64,000 nucleotides of DNA from an uncultured Methanomicrobiales archaeon (GCA_963697895.1 OY969100.1:192001-256000); one strand, 5' to 3'; shown: positions 50,741-61,223, counted from the stretch's first letter. Program-made: numbers and translations. The notes: generated from the sequence alone by a model not told the origin.

Positions 50741-51523
50741 ATGAAAAAAATCCTCCTCGTTCTCTCCATAATCGGCCTGGTCCTTCTCTGCGGGTGCCTG
50801 AGTACATCGCAGCAGCCCCCGGCGACAAATACTACCCCGCAGGCAACCGCATCCCCGGCGGAGACCGTCGCGGCCACGAATACCACCCCGTCCGCCACTC
50901 CCAGCCCACCGGCACAATTCACCGACGAGATGGTCAAGCGGCACTTCCTGAATATCGCGTTCGGCAGGGACAACGCGTACATCGAGAAGCTCACCGTCGA
51001 CCCGGACAACCCGGTGGACTTTTCCTTAAACGGGCAGGCGAGTGCGGACGACGTGGCGACGATCAAGGCCTTTGCAGCCGATTACAATAAAACGACGAAC
51101 ACGCGGACATTCTCGCGCGAACCCATCCGGACCGACCAGAAGGGGATCTATCTCGGGTACTTCCCGGACGTGTACCTGAAATCCTTAAGCGAGGCGAATA
51201 TCATCCACAAGGAGGTGGATCCCGAGACCGACCGGATCCTCTTCATGGTTACCTACTCCCCGGAGAGCGGGGACCACCTGTACGTGAACTCGGACCTGAC
51301 GGGGGATATCCGGACCCACATGACCATGCGAGCCCTCTTCTATTACCTCGGGTTCCCCGGGCAGACCTACGACTACCCGGACAGCTTCTTTTACGCGAAC
51401 AGTTTCAGCAACGATATCCTGACGCCACTCGACAAGGCCGCGATCAACGTGATGTACGACGCCCGGATATACCGGGGAATGACGTTCCAGAGCGCGAAGA
51501 ACGTGCTCCTCATGAACCCCTGA
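50741..51523 (+). CDS. Lipoprotein of unknown function (DUF2927-like C-terminus)
   Basis: Lipobox LCGC, P/T/A-rich linker, LGFPG.T..YPDSFFY...LTPLDKAAI..MY. Confidence 0.75.
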   Translation: MKKILLVLSIIGLVLLCGCLSTSQQPPATNTTPQATASPAETVAATNTTPSATPSPPAQFTDEMVKRHFLNIAFGRDNAYIEKLTVDPDNPVDFSLNGQASADDVATIKAFAADYNKTTNTRTFSREPIRTDQKGIYLGYFPDVYLKSLSEANIIHKEVDPETDRILFMVTYSPESGDHLYVNSDLTGDIRTHMTMRALFYYLGFPGQTYDYPDSFFYANSFSNDILTPLDKAAINVMYDARIYRGMTFQSAKNVLLMNP

Positions 51524-52145
51524 TTTTTCACTGGACAGGGAGACATCCCGGATAACCCCGGAACCGGGGTATTTTTTTCCTCAATCCCTATCCGGAACGG
51601 TTCGCCTCCACGCGGGGAGATACCATCCAGATACCCCTGAATTGGGCGTATTTTCCCCAAAAACCCGATCTGAAACGGAGTCAGGGGGATACGTCTGAAC
51701 ACACCCGGGACAACAGTTGTTTTAAAGGGGTATATTATGAAAAGAGCCGATTTAATCCCGGTAAAGAGGTGCTTAATAGCCCGGAATCCTTCAGGGATGT
51801 GGGAGGGAGGTGTTACCGGTTGACCTATGAGCAGATCGGGCAGGGATACCGCGGGGGAACGGGCGATTTATCGGCTGATTCAGGGGAAAATTGAAGATTA
51901 ATCAACAGTTCCTTCGATTCCGATCAGGCCCGGGCGGGTTCCTTGATCTCGACCGGATACGGGCATAGTGGTCTTCTCCGGCTCGGGTCCGGCCGATGGA
52001 TATTCGTTTCCTTCCCGGTAGAGGATCACATCCGGCTCCGAAGGTGTGAAAGCAGACACAATTTTCGAAAAGATCTCCGGTAACAGGGGAAGAATTATCA
52101 TAAGAATCAAAGCAATGAATGATTAATCAATCGGAGGATAGTACC

Positions 52146-52406
52146 ATGATTGTGGAATATATTCAGGCCGCTCTCGCCCGGGCCAGATACGAGATCATCG
52201 ATGACGATGAACCCTATTACGGTGAGGTGCCTGAACTTCCGGGTGTCTTTGCCACCGGTAAGACACTCGAAGAATGCCGGAAAAATCTGGCAGAAGTTAT
52301 CGACGGCTGGATTATCATTCACCTGAAGCGGGGGATACCCATCCCGAAACTGGGTGAATATGGTATTGAAGAAGTAACCGGGCTTGATACGGGTGCCAGG
52401 GCATAA
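52146..52406 (+). CDS. hicB: HicB family antitoxin
   Basis: YYGEVPELPGVFATGKTLEECRKNL.EVIDGW...GIPIP. Confidence 0.9.
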   Translation: MIVEYIQAALARARYEIIDDDEPYYGEVPELPGVFATGKTLEECRKNLAEVIDGWIIIHLKRGIPIPKLGEYGIEEVTGLDTGARA

Positions 52407-52623
52407 ATTATCCCCTGTTTCCTGGAAAGAGCTCGTTCTCCGACTTCAGAAATGTGGATTTGACGGACCGTTCCAGGGAGGAAAACATCCCTACATGATC
52501 AAAGAGTCTCTTGTCCTTACGGTGCCGAACCCACATCGGAAACAGATCAGTCCCGATCTTCTGTCGAGAATGCTTCGACAGGCCGGGATCACGCGTGAGG
52601 AATGGCTACAGTTCGAAGATTGA
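52384..52623 (+). CDS. hicA: HicA family toxin (start may be GTG 52393)
   Basis: SWKELV.RL...GF.GP.QGGKHPYM...LTVPNPH...I...LL.RMLRQAGI. Confidence 0.9.
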   Translation: MIRVPGHKLSPVSWKELVLRLQKCGFDGPFQGGKHPYMIKESLVLTVPNPHRKQISPDLLSRMLRQAGITREEWLQFED

Positions 52624-52767
52624 TGAAGATTGTTTTGTACCTGCGTCTTATCTTTATTTTTTTGAAAAAAATTCCTCCTGTTTCGTCTTAGAAAAAAAAT
52701 CTTCACCATTCGTTCCCGGAAAAATTTTCACGCATATTTTTTAAAAATAAAATATTTCGTCACCGGC

Positions 52768-53661
52768 TCACGGGACCGGCGTCGTCGATTCGCCCTTCAA
52801 CGTCCCCGGGTTGTCCATGACCACCCAGTACCCGTTAAACGGCATCATGACCTGCGAGGCCCCGCCCCGCGGGTATACCCACCCGGGCTGGTCCAGCGCC
52901 GGGCTGATCCCGATCACGTACCCGATGCCGCCGTTCGTCCCGTCCCGGATGCTCGCGAGCGCCTCTTCGACCGGCGTGTCGGGGAACGTCCCCTCAGTGA
53001 ACTCCGGTGCCGGCCCGATCAGGCTCATCCCGGCCGGAAGATCCCGTTCGGGCGGACCGGATGCGAAGGGGGACGGGAAGAAGTTCGCCGTCACCGGTGC
53101 GGATCCGACCACGTCCACGTAGAACGCCTCGAGCGGCATGAGCGGGTCCTCGTCCCCGACGACGAACCAGCCGGACTCGTTGTACTTCAGGATCATGCCG
53201 ATCTCTGCCCGGTCTTCCGGGGTGAAGATCGACGGGATCGTGTCAGACCAGTTATCGAGGAGGACCGGGGTGGAGAGGATATTCCACCCGCCCTGCAGCT
53301 CCCGGGTGAAGTGCGGGAGCGGGGTCAGGTTCGCATAGAGGTCGACCGTCTCGTCCTTCGCCGGGTATTGGGTGATATCGGCGGTGAAGGGGACATAGCC
53401 TGCTTTTCGCACCGTGAATGTCTGGAACGGCGTCGCGGTGACGTAGACCTGCACGTCGAGGTACCCGCCGCTCGTCACTCCTTCCTGTATATCGTCGAGG
53501 AAGACCGTCGCACCGTCCGCGTCGGAATGAACGCGGTAGTACCCCTGGTCACCCCCGATCAGGGGGAACGTGTCGTTCGTGTCATCATCCGCCCCGGTCA
53601 CCAGCGGAATGGCAATCGCGATGATCAGGAACGCAACAAGAAACCTGGTTGGTATTTGCAT
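52768..53661 (-). CDS. Secreted PEGA-like surface protein
   Basis: Signal peptide, IGGDQGYYRVHS..DGATVFLD, VYVTATP, LQGGWNILSTP, PFNGYWV. Confidence 0.8.
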   Translation of the reverse strand: MQIPTRFLVAFLIIAIAIPLVTGADDDTNDTFPLIGGDQGYYRVHSDADGATVFLDDIQEGVTSGGYLDVQVYVTATPFQTFTVRKAGYVPFTADITQYPAKDETVDLYANLTPLPHFTRELQGGWNILSTPVLLDNWSDTIPSIFTPEDRAEIGMILKYNESGWFVVGDEDPLMPLEAFYVDVVGSAPVTANFFPSPFASGPPERDLPAGMSLIGPAPEFTEGTFPDTPVEEALASIRDGTNGGIGYVIGISPALDQPGWVYPRGGASQVMMPFNGYWVVMDNPGTLKGESTTPVP

Positions 53662-53788
53662 ATGGTATCACAAAGCCCTGTTTTTGTATACGGGAGGATT
53701 TCCGGTTATGTATATAAAATCCTTTTGGAGAAACAACTGGTTATAGGGGCGCACTGCGAGGTTCGACCCTCCAGGTTTCGCCAAGTCC

Positions 53789-54045
53789 GGAAAGGAAGGT
53801 GAAAAACGGGATCCCATTTTCGGATAAAAATAATGATTCATTCACGGATAAAATGGAAAGGACGGTGGAAAACAGGATCCCCATTTTCGGATAACAATAA
53901 TGATTCTTTCACGGATAAAACGGAAAGGACGGTGGAAAACAGGATCTCTTTTCGGATAACAATAATGATTCATTCACGGATAAAACGGAAAGGACGGTGA
54001 AAAACGGGATCCGCATTTTCGGATAACAATAATGATTCTTTCACG
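53789..54045. repeat. Four 65-67-bp tandem copies, AT-rich
   Basis: Units start 53789, 53855, 53922 and 53987; shared TTTTCGGATAAMAATAATGATTCWTTCACG. Confidence 0.93.
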
Positions 54046-54069
54046 AACCGGAGCATGAAAATTAAAAAT

Positions 54070-54477
54070 TCAGTACTCGTCCTCCGGCTTGGACATCACG
54101 ACATCCTCGACCTCCGGGGTAACGAGCCAGAGCGCCCTCCGGACCTTCTCCTGGATCGCGGGGTCTCCGGTATCGGCTATCTCGTCGAGCCGGGCGATCA
54201 GTTCCTCCTGGATCAGCGCCTCCTCCTCGCCGGCCGAAGCGACCGCGATCAGGACATCGAGAGCCGATTCGACGATCCGGGGATTCCCGTCCGAGAGAAG
54301 GTCGATGAGGCTCGCGATCCCGTTCTGGTTGATCAGTTCGTGCGGGCTCCAGTCCTCGTCCCAGGTGCTCTCCACCAGTGTCTCCAGCGCTGCGTCCCGC
54401 ACGCTCTCGTCGGGGTCGGAGAGCCTGCATACCATATCCCGCATTATTTCACGGGTATTTCGGAGATCTTCTGCCAT
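54070..54477 (-). CDS. HEAT/armadillo repeat protein
   Basis: LSDPDESVRDAALETL, LIDLLSDGNPRIVESAL, IQEKVRRALW. Confidence 0.82.
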   Translation of the reverse strand: MAEDLRNTREIMRDMVCRLSDPDESVRDAALETLVESTWDEDWSPHELINQNGIASLIDLLSDGNPRIVESALDVLIAVASAGEEEALIQEELIARLDEIADTGDPAIQEKVRRALWLVTPEVEDVVMSKPEDEY

Positions 54478-54889
54478 TATTCCTCCAGCCCGGAGATTCC
54501 AAAAGGAGGAGCCCGGGCTGAACCTGAAATGAACATGACGGTCATCGGCAAAAAAACCTTCGTGGTCTTACTCCGGTTCCGCCCGGTACCCCGCCCCCTC
54601 CTCCGCCACGAGAAAGACGCACCGGCAGTACCCGGCATTCCCATAGGCTCCGCTCCTCCGTCTCTCCGGTCAGGAGCGAACCGCACCCCGGGCAGGGGAG
54701 GAGGGGATCCGGGGACATGGGAGATCCTCTCTCCCCGGGAAGAGAAAGAGCTCCGGTGCACGGGATGAAAGTGGCTCCACACTAAGTGCTTTATAACCTC
54801 GCGACAAGTGATAGACAGAAGAAACCATTGCATAGCGCCTGCTCTCGCATCCTTTCCGGAGCCGGCCGTCATGGGAATGAGGATACGAT

Positions 54890-56284
54890 ATGGAAACACG
54901 TACATTTGATGATTTAGGCCTTTCCGCCCCGGTGAAGAAGGCCGTCGCCGAGCTCGGGTTCGAAGAGCCGACCCCGATCCAGTCGCTCGCGATACCGATA
55001 ATCATGGCCGGAAAAGACGTCATCGGCCAGGCACATACGGGTACGGGGAAGACCGCGGCATTCGGGATCCCGATCATCGAGCGGGTGGACCCCCGGGACC
55101 GCCGGGTGCAGGCGGTCGTGCTCAGCCCGACCCGGGAGCTCGCGATCCAGATCTCGGAGGAGCTGACGAAGCTCGCGAAGGACCGGAAGGGGCTCACCAT
55201 CCTGCCGGTCTACGGCGGCCAGCCGATCGAACGGCAGCTGGCGGCGCTCCGGTCCGGAGTCACCGTGATCATCGCGACACCGGGACGGCTCCTCGACCAT
55301 ATCAAGCGGCGGTCCGTCTCCCTCGAACGGGTGCGGATGGTCGTCCTGGACGAGGCGGACGAGATGCTCGACATGGGTTTCCGGGACGATATCGAGCCGA
55401 TCCTCAGGCAGATCCCGAAACCCCGCCAGACCGTGATGTTCTCCGCGACGATCCCGCCCGAGATCCTCTCCCTCGCCGGGAAGTTCCTCGTCGACCCCGA
55501 GACCGTTCGGGTCGTGCACCGGGAGCTGACGGTGCCGGGGATCGAGCAGTCCTATTTCGAGGTGCGGGAATCGATGAAGGTGGAGGTCCTCACCCGGTTG
55601 ATCGACCTCCACAACCCCCGGCTCACCCTCGTCTTCTGCAATACGAAGCGGCGGGTCGACGAGCTCGTGAACCACCTCCAGGCACGGGGATACCCGGCGG
55701 AACGGCTCCACGGCGACCTGAACCAGGCGCAGCGGGAACGGGTGATGGCATCGTTCCGGACCGGGGCGACCGACATCCTCGTCGCGACCGATGTCGCCGC
55801 ACGCGGGATCGACGTGGAGGAGATCTCGATCGTCGTGAACTACGACGTGCCCCAGGACCCCGAGTACTACATCCACCGGATCGGCCGGACGGGCCGTGCC
55901 GGCAAGACCGGCCGCTCGTTCACCTTCGTCTCGGGAAAGGACATCTGGAAGCTCCGGGACATCCAGCGGTACGCGAAGATCCGGATCGCCCAGGCCCCGA
56001 TCCCGACCGCCGAGGAGCTCGCGGGCAAACGGGTCGCCCAACAGCTCGCAAAGGCGCGGGCGCTGATCGAACGCGGGGAACAGGTCTCGTACATCCCGTA
56101 CATCGAGGAGTTCATCGGGGAGGAGTTCACCTCCCTCGACCTCGCGGCAGCCCTCGTCCGGATGCAGCTCGGGGAGAAGAAGGTCGAGGCCGAGGCACCC
56201 GAAGAGCGGAGCACCTCGCCGGCCCGGCGCTATCCCGGTCCGTCCCGTCCCCGCGGGCCGAAACGGCAGAATGGGCGCTATTAA
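54890..56284 (+). CDS. DEAD-box RNA helicase
   Basis: Q motif PTPIQ, GTGKT, PTRELA, TPGR, DEAD, SAT, ARGID, HRIGRTGRAG. Confidence 0.96.
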   Translation: METRTFDDLGLSAPVKKAVAELGFEEPTPIQSLAIPIIMAGKDVIGQAHTGTGKTAAFGIPIIERVDPRDRRVQAVVLSPTRELAIQISEELTKLAKDRKGLTILPVYGGQPIERQLAALRSGVTVIIATPGRLLDHIKRRSVSLERVRMVVLDEADEMLDMGFRDDIEPILRQIPKPRQTVMFSATIPPEILSLAGKFLVDPETVRVVHRELTVPGIEQSYFEVRESMKVEVLTRLIDLHNPRLTLVFCNTKRRVDELVNHLQARGYPAERLHGDLNQAQRERVMASFRTGATDILVATDVAARGIDVEEISIVVNYDVPQDPEYYIHRIGRTGRAGKTGRSFTFVSGKDIWKLRDIQRYAKIRIAQAPIPTAEELAGKRVAQQLAKARALIERGEQVSYIPYIEEFIGEEFTSLDLAAALVRMQLGEKKVEAEAPEERSTSPARRYPGPSRPRGPKRQNGRY

Positions 56285-56359
56285 TCTCAATAATTATTTA
56301 ATGCTTGCCTATCCACATAATAATCGTAATTTCCCCATAAAACCTCCGGGGTGGCATGC

Positions 56360-58034
56360 ATGATCACGGTTCTCCTCGTTCACGACAATTCCGATCTCCT
56401 CGAGACCACCCGGCTGTACCTGGAAAAGATGGGAGAGGTGCGGGTGGACACGGTGAACTCCACCAAGCACGCGGCCGAGGTGCTGAAGAACCGGAGCTAC
56501 GACATCATCGTCTCCTATTACCAGATCCCGGAGGTGAACGGGATCGAGTTCCTCGCCGATATGAGCGGGGTCGAGCTCCTCACGTACCTGAAGATGCAGG
56601 GGCTCTCCACCCCGTTCATCCTCTACTCGCGCCGGGACCGGGACCGGGTGGTGATCGAGGACCTCAACTACGCGGCCGAGGTGATCGTGCCGCAGACGGG
56701 GAGGCCCGGCCCCCTCGCGGAACTCCGCGATGTGGTCAAGCAGGCGGTCCTCCGGAAGCGGGCTGAGCGGGACCTCACCCTCCGCTGCGACATGCTCTCC
56801 CGGATCCTCTCCGCCTCCCCCCTCTGGATCTGCCAGGTGCAGAACCAGGCGCTCACGTTCGTGAGCGGGCCGATGGCCCGGTCGCTCGGGTACGACGAAG
56901 CCTCACTCGCGGGGAAGCAGATCGCCCTCCTCTTCCCGGAGAAGAAGGAGTACGAGCGTGCCTGGCGGGAGCAGGCCCTCCGGGTGGACGACCAGGGCTG
57001 GGGCCACGCGGATGCGGTCCTCGTCCGGAAGGACGGGACCCCCTGCCACTGCCACCTCCGGGTGCACCGGGCAGACCCGTCCGACCTCTCCCGGGGGGAG
57101 ATCGTGGTATTCGAGGACGTTTCAGGGCGAAAATCAGTCGAAGACGCCCTGAAGGAGAGCGAACTCCGGTACCGCGAGCTCGATGCAGGCGACGACGAGC
57201 CTCGTGCTGAAGATGGACACGACCGGGGTGATCACCTTCGTCAACAAGGCGGTACAGGCATTCTTCGGGTATTCCGGCCCCGAGCTCGTCGGGAAGAATA
57301 TCGTCGGGACCCTGATCCCGGCCCGCTCCCGGGTCTCCCACGACGTGACGGCGCTCGTGAACGACCTCGGCCTGAGCGGGGGCGGGTCCGCTATCCGGAT
57401 CAACGAGATGGCCCTCCGGAGCGGGGACCCGGTCTGGGTCGCCTGGACAAACCAGGCGATCCGTGACGAGGAGGGGCATATCACCGGGATCCTCTGCGTC
57501 GGAAACGACATCACCGACCACGAGAGCCATGACAAGGTCCGGATCAGCACCGCGATGTGGAAGGACCGGGTGATCGGGAATACCGATGTCCGGGAGGAGG
57601 TCTTCGATGCGGTCTTCCATATCTGCGTCGAGATCGCGAAAGAAGGGCGGGAAGGAAAGCAGGTCGGCACCGCGTTTGTCATCGGCGACACGGAAAACGT
57701 CCTCTCCAAGTCCAAGCAGCTGATCCTGAACCCCTTCGAAGGGCACCGGTGCGAGGACCGGATGATCACGAACCACGAACTGCGGGAGAACATCAAGGAG
57801 CTCGCCCAGCTCGACGGCGCATTCGTCGTCAGGGGAGACGGCCTGATCGAGGCGGCCGCCCGGTACATCACGATCGACACGAGTGCGGTCGGGATCCCCC
57901 GGGGGCTCGGGACCCGGCATTCCTCGGTCGCCGGCATCACCCAGGTGACGAAGGCGATCGGGATCGTCGTCTCCCAGAGCGGGGGAAAGATCTCGATCTT
58001 CCGGGACGGGCAACTCGTACAGGAGATCTCCTGA
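56360..58034 (+). CDS. Receiver-like + PAS + PAS + diadenylate cyclase (DisA_N/DAC) protein, one-base frameshift at ~57182
   Basis: REC-like N-terminus, PAS (RKDGTP...VFEDVS), linker ALKESELRYREL joins MQATTSLVLKMD PAS; DAC motifs EGREGK.VGT, LDGAF, GLGTRH, VSQSGG. Confidence 0.85.
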
Positions 58035-58137
58035 TCCCCTTAAATACGGCGAATCCGCGTTGATTGCATCCGCATATATATATACTATTCTATCAAATAT
58101 TTCTCCGCAGAATTAAACCCCTGCATGAGCAAACAAG

Positions 58138-58308
58138 ATGTATGAGAAAAAGAGTTATGGTGCGCCGAAGTCATACGGCCCCCGAGAAATGACAAAGACT
58201 GTCTGTTCAGACTGCGGAAAGGAATGCGAGGTACCGTTCAAGCCAACGGAGGGAAGACCGGTATATTGCCAGGAATGCCTTCCTAAACACAGGAAGCCCC
58301 GCTACTAA
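58138..58308 (+). CDS. CxxC-x17-CxxC zinc-ribbon protein (56 aa, absent from the ORF track)
   Basis: MYEKKSYGAPKSYGPREMTKTVCSDCGKECEVPFKPTEGRPVYCQECLPKHRKPRY*. Confidence 0.92.
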   Translation: MYEKKSYGAPKSYGPREMTKTVCSDCGKECEVPFKPTEGRPVYCQECLPKHRKPRY

Positions 58309-58310
58309 AC

Positions 58311-58320
58311 TTTTTTTTTT
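58311..58320 (+). terminator. Oligo-T archaeal intrinsic terminator
   Basis: T10 two bases after the stop of the CxxC-x17-CxxC gene. Confidence 0.7.
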
Positions 58321-58344
58321 GCGATCCGTCCGGTCGCGTTTCAT

Positions 58345-58509
58345 TCACCATCGCTTCAGGCTTACGGTCTTCTCATCACGCCTCTCAGCCACAACCGCGA
58401 GGTCGTGTAAGTCCTCCTGGATCTTCCCGTACTCCTCGAGCGAGAGGATGACCGCGACCCGCTGCCCCTTCTCATCGACCACATACCGCCCGACTGCGTC
58501 CATATTCAT
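58345..58509 (-). CDS. Antitoxin-like small protein (54 aa), possibly C-terminally truncated
   Basis: MNMDAVGRYVVDEKGQRVAVILSLEEYGKIQEDLHDLAVVAERRDEKTVSLKRW*; resembles Phd/RelB-type antitoxins found upstream of RelE/ParE toxins. Confidence 0.7.
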   Translation of the reverse strand: MNMDAVGRYVVDEKGQRVAVILSLEEYGKIQEDLHDLAVVAERRDEKTVSLKRW

Positions 58510-58733
58510 ACCGTATTACATCAGAGGATCTGCACCTATTATCTCCTTTTCCTCCGGGCAATTCCCCCTGTACTGCAGATGCCTTCGTGGTGGTATCATT
58601 CAAAAAGGTTACACCGAATCATTTGCTTCACGAACTCTGCATTTTGCAGGACGGTCGCACCGGCTGTGGTCTGAGGCAATCCCGGCATCTGAACAGCAAC
58701 ATTCTTTTCAGCCTGCGTCCCGATCGTACAGGT

Positions 58734-60023
58734 GTGACGGGGAACGCACCGGTTCCAGCCGGCCTGAAGAGGCAGCTCGGCCTGACGACGGTCACCCTCT
58801 CCGGGATCGGGATCATCCTCGGTGCCGGCATCTATGTCCTCATCGGCACGGCGGCGGGTGATGCCGGGAATGCGGTCTGGCTCTCGTTTCTCATCTCGGC
58901 CGTGATCGCGCTCTGCACCGCCCTGAGCTATGCCGAGCTCTCCTCGATGTTTCCCCGGGCAGCCGCAGAATACGACTATACCACCCATTCGCTCGGCAGG
59001 ACAGTCGCGTTCGTGATCGGCTGGCTCATCATCTTCTCCGGCATGGTAGGTGCCGCAACGGTCGCACTTGGGTTTGGCGGGTACCTGCATGCACTCGCCG
59101 GTATACCCCCCATTGCCGGTGCCCTGCTCATCCTGATTCTTCTCTCCCTTATCCTGTTTGCCGGGATTCGCGAGAGCGCCGGTTTGGCGGTTGTATTCAC
59201 CCTGATCGAAGCGGGGGGGCTGATCGGGGTGATCGTCGCGGGGATCCCGTATCTCGGGACGGTCGACTACCTCGGGATGCCCTTCGGTATCGGCGGGGTG
59301 CTCTCCGGTGCGGCGCTCGTCTTCTTTGCCTTCCTCGGGTTCGAGGAGATGGTCAAGTTCTCGGAGGAGACCCGCGACCCGGAACGGACCGTTCCCCGTG
59401 CCCTCCTCATCGCCCTCGCCGCATCCACGCTCATATACATCCTCGTCGCGATCGCGGCGGTGAGCACGGTCGGCTGGGAAGCGCTGAGCACCTCGGACGC
59501 CCCGTTCTCCCTCGTCGCATCGGTTGCCTGGGGAGTGAACGGTGCCGTTGCCCTCTCGGTCATCGCCCTGTTCGCGACCGCAAACACCGTGCTCCTCATG
59601 CTCTATGCCACGAGCCGGATCACCTACGGTATGGCCCGATCGGGGGCGCTTCCGTCGGTCTTCTCCCGGGTGAACCTCGCCCGGCAGACCCCCTGGGCGG
59701 CGCTGATCGTCTCCGCGATCGGCGCAGCGATCTTCCTCTTCGCCGGGGATATCGGGTTCGTGGCGGGAGTGACCAACTTCACCGTCTTTGTCACCTTCAT
59801 CGTGGTCAACCTCACCGTGCTGATCCTCCGGTACCGCGACCCGCTCCGGCCCCGCCCCTTCCGGTCTCCGGTATCGATCGGGGGGGTGGCCGTCTTTCCT
59901 CTCATCGGCCTCCTCTCCTGCTTCTTCCTCATCACGGAGCTGGAGCCGCTCGTCATCCTGACCGGTTCCCTCATCGGGGCCGCCGGGGTGGTGATCGCGG
60001 TGGCGGTGAAGAACCGGGGATGA
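58734..60023 (+). CDS. APC family amino acid permease
   Basis: LKRQLG, GIILGAGIYVL, LSYAELSSMFP, FAFLGFE, EETRDPERTVPRA, RPFR. Confidence 0.92.
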   Translation: MTGNAPVPAGLKRQLGLTTVTLSGIGIILGAGIYVLIGTAAGDAGNAVWLSFLISAVIALCTALSYAELSSMFPRAAAEYDYTTHSLGRTVAFVIGWLIIFSGMVGAATVALGFGGYLHALAGIPPIAGALLILILLSLILFAGIRESAGLAVVFTLIEAGGLIGVIVAGIPYLGTVDYLGMPFGIGGVLSGAALVFFAFLGFEEMVKFSEETRDPERTVPRALLIALAASTLIYILVAIAAVSTVGWEALSTSDAPFSLVASVAWGVNGAVALSVIALFATANTVLLMLYATSRITYGMARSGALPSVFSRVNLARQTPWAALIVSAIGAAIFLFAGDIGFVAGVTNFTVFVTFIVVNLTVLILRYRDPLRPRPFRSPVSIGGVAVFPLIGLLSCFFLITELEPLVILTGSLIGAAGVVIAVAVKNRG

Positions 60024-60200
60024 GATCGGCTGTTCCATCCCGGATCGCCATAATCGCGGCATTCCTCCCGGACGGCCGGGTGCCGGGGAAGACCTGAAAA
60101 AAAGTGATCACCCGTTTCCCCCCCGGAATAAACTATATGCCTATATATATGAGCAAAAAGTAGATAGAGGCATATAGAATTCCCGGAGATCATCGGCCGC

Positions 60201-61223
60201 ATGGATATCAGGAAAGTGCAGGTAACCGGCGGGTCGTCGTTCGTCATCACGCTCCCCAAGGACTGGGCGGAATCGATGCACATCAAGAAGAACGATCCGC
60301 TCGGCGTGTATGTTCAGTCGGACGGCACGCTGCTCATCACCCGGAGCATAACAGAGAGCCAGGTGCAGCGGGTGAAGAAGATCGATATCACGGCGATCAC
60401 GGATCCCCAGTACCTGTTCCGGCTGCTGATCGGGGCATACATCGCGGGATACTCGGTGATCCAGATCGCCGGAAAGGGACGGTTCCCGACATTCGTCCAC
60501 ACGGTCGTCCGGGACTTTGCGCAGATGACGATCGGGTTCGAGGTGATGGAGGAGAGCGAGAGCGGGGTGCTGTTAAAGGATCTCCTCAACCCGATGGAGA
60601 TGCCGCTCGAGAACTCGGTGAAACGGATGTATGTGATCGTGAAAAACATGTTTGCCGATGCGATCACCGCACTCGAGACCCGTAATATCCCCCTCGCGCA
60701 GGATGTCATCGCCCGGGACAACGACGTCGACCGGTTGCACTGGCTCATCGAACGCCAGGCCAATATCGTCCTGAAGAATCCCGCGATCTCGCGAAAGATC
60801 GGGGTCAAGATCGGGGAGGTGGTGAACACCTCGGCGATCTGCCGGATCATCGAGCGGATCGGGGATCACGCGGTTCGTGAAGCAGAAAATGCCATCCGGA
60901 TCATCGAGTATCTTCCCGACAAGCAATCCCTGGATACCGGGATCATCGGGAAGATACAGGCGGCGAGTAAGCTGTCGCTCGCCCTCTTCGACCGGAGCAT
61001 CGTCTCGTTCTTCAAGGCGGATATCCGTGGATCCAACCGCAATATCGAGTCGGTCGGGGAACTGGAACGCAGCTGCGAGGAGATCAATACGCTCGCCCGT
61101 ACCCAGGATATCGAGATCGCCATCGCGCTCCGGAACATGGCAGAAAGCATCCGGCGTGCCGGAGAATATTCGGGCGATATCTCGGAGAACGTGATCAACT
61201 ACCTCGTGGAAGAGAAGATATAG
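60201..61223 (+). CDS. phoU: Phosphate uptake regulator, AbrB-PhoU archaeal type
   Basis: RKVQVTGGSSFVITLPKDWA AbrB domain, RDNDVDRL, IERIGDHA, SIRRAGEY. Confidence 0.92.
   Translation: MDIRKVQVTGGSSFVITLPKDWAESMHIKKNDPLGVYVQSDGTLLITRSITESQVQRVKKIDITAITDPQYLFRLLIGAYIAGYSVIQIAGKGRFPTFVHTVVRDFAQMTIGFEVMEESESGVLLKDLLNPMEMPLENSVKRMYVIVKNMFADAITALETRNIPLAQDVIARDNDVDRLHWLIERQANIVLKNPAISRKIGVKIGEVVNTSAICRIIERIGDHAVREAENAIRIIEYLPDKQSLDTGIIGKIQAASKLSLALFDRSIVSFFKADIRGSNRNIESVGELERSCEEINTLARTQDIEIAIALRNMAESIRRAGEYSGDISENVINYLVEEKI

Noticed and set aside
53789-54045. CRISPR-like 66-bp period
   Set aside because: The whole unit is conserved; there is no unique spacer segment.
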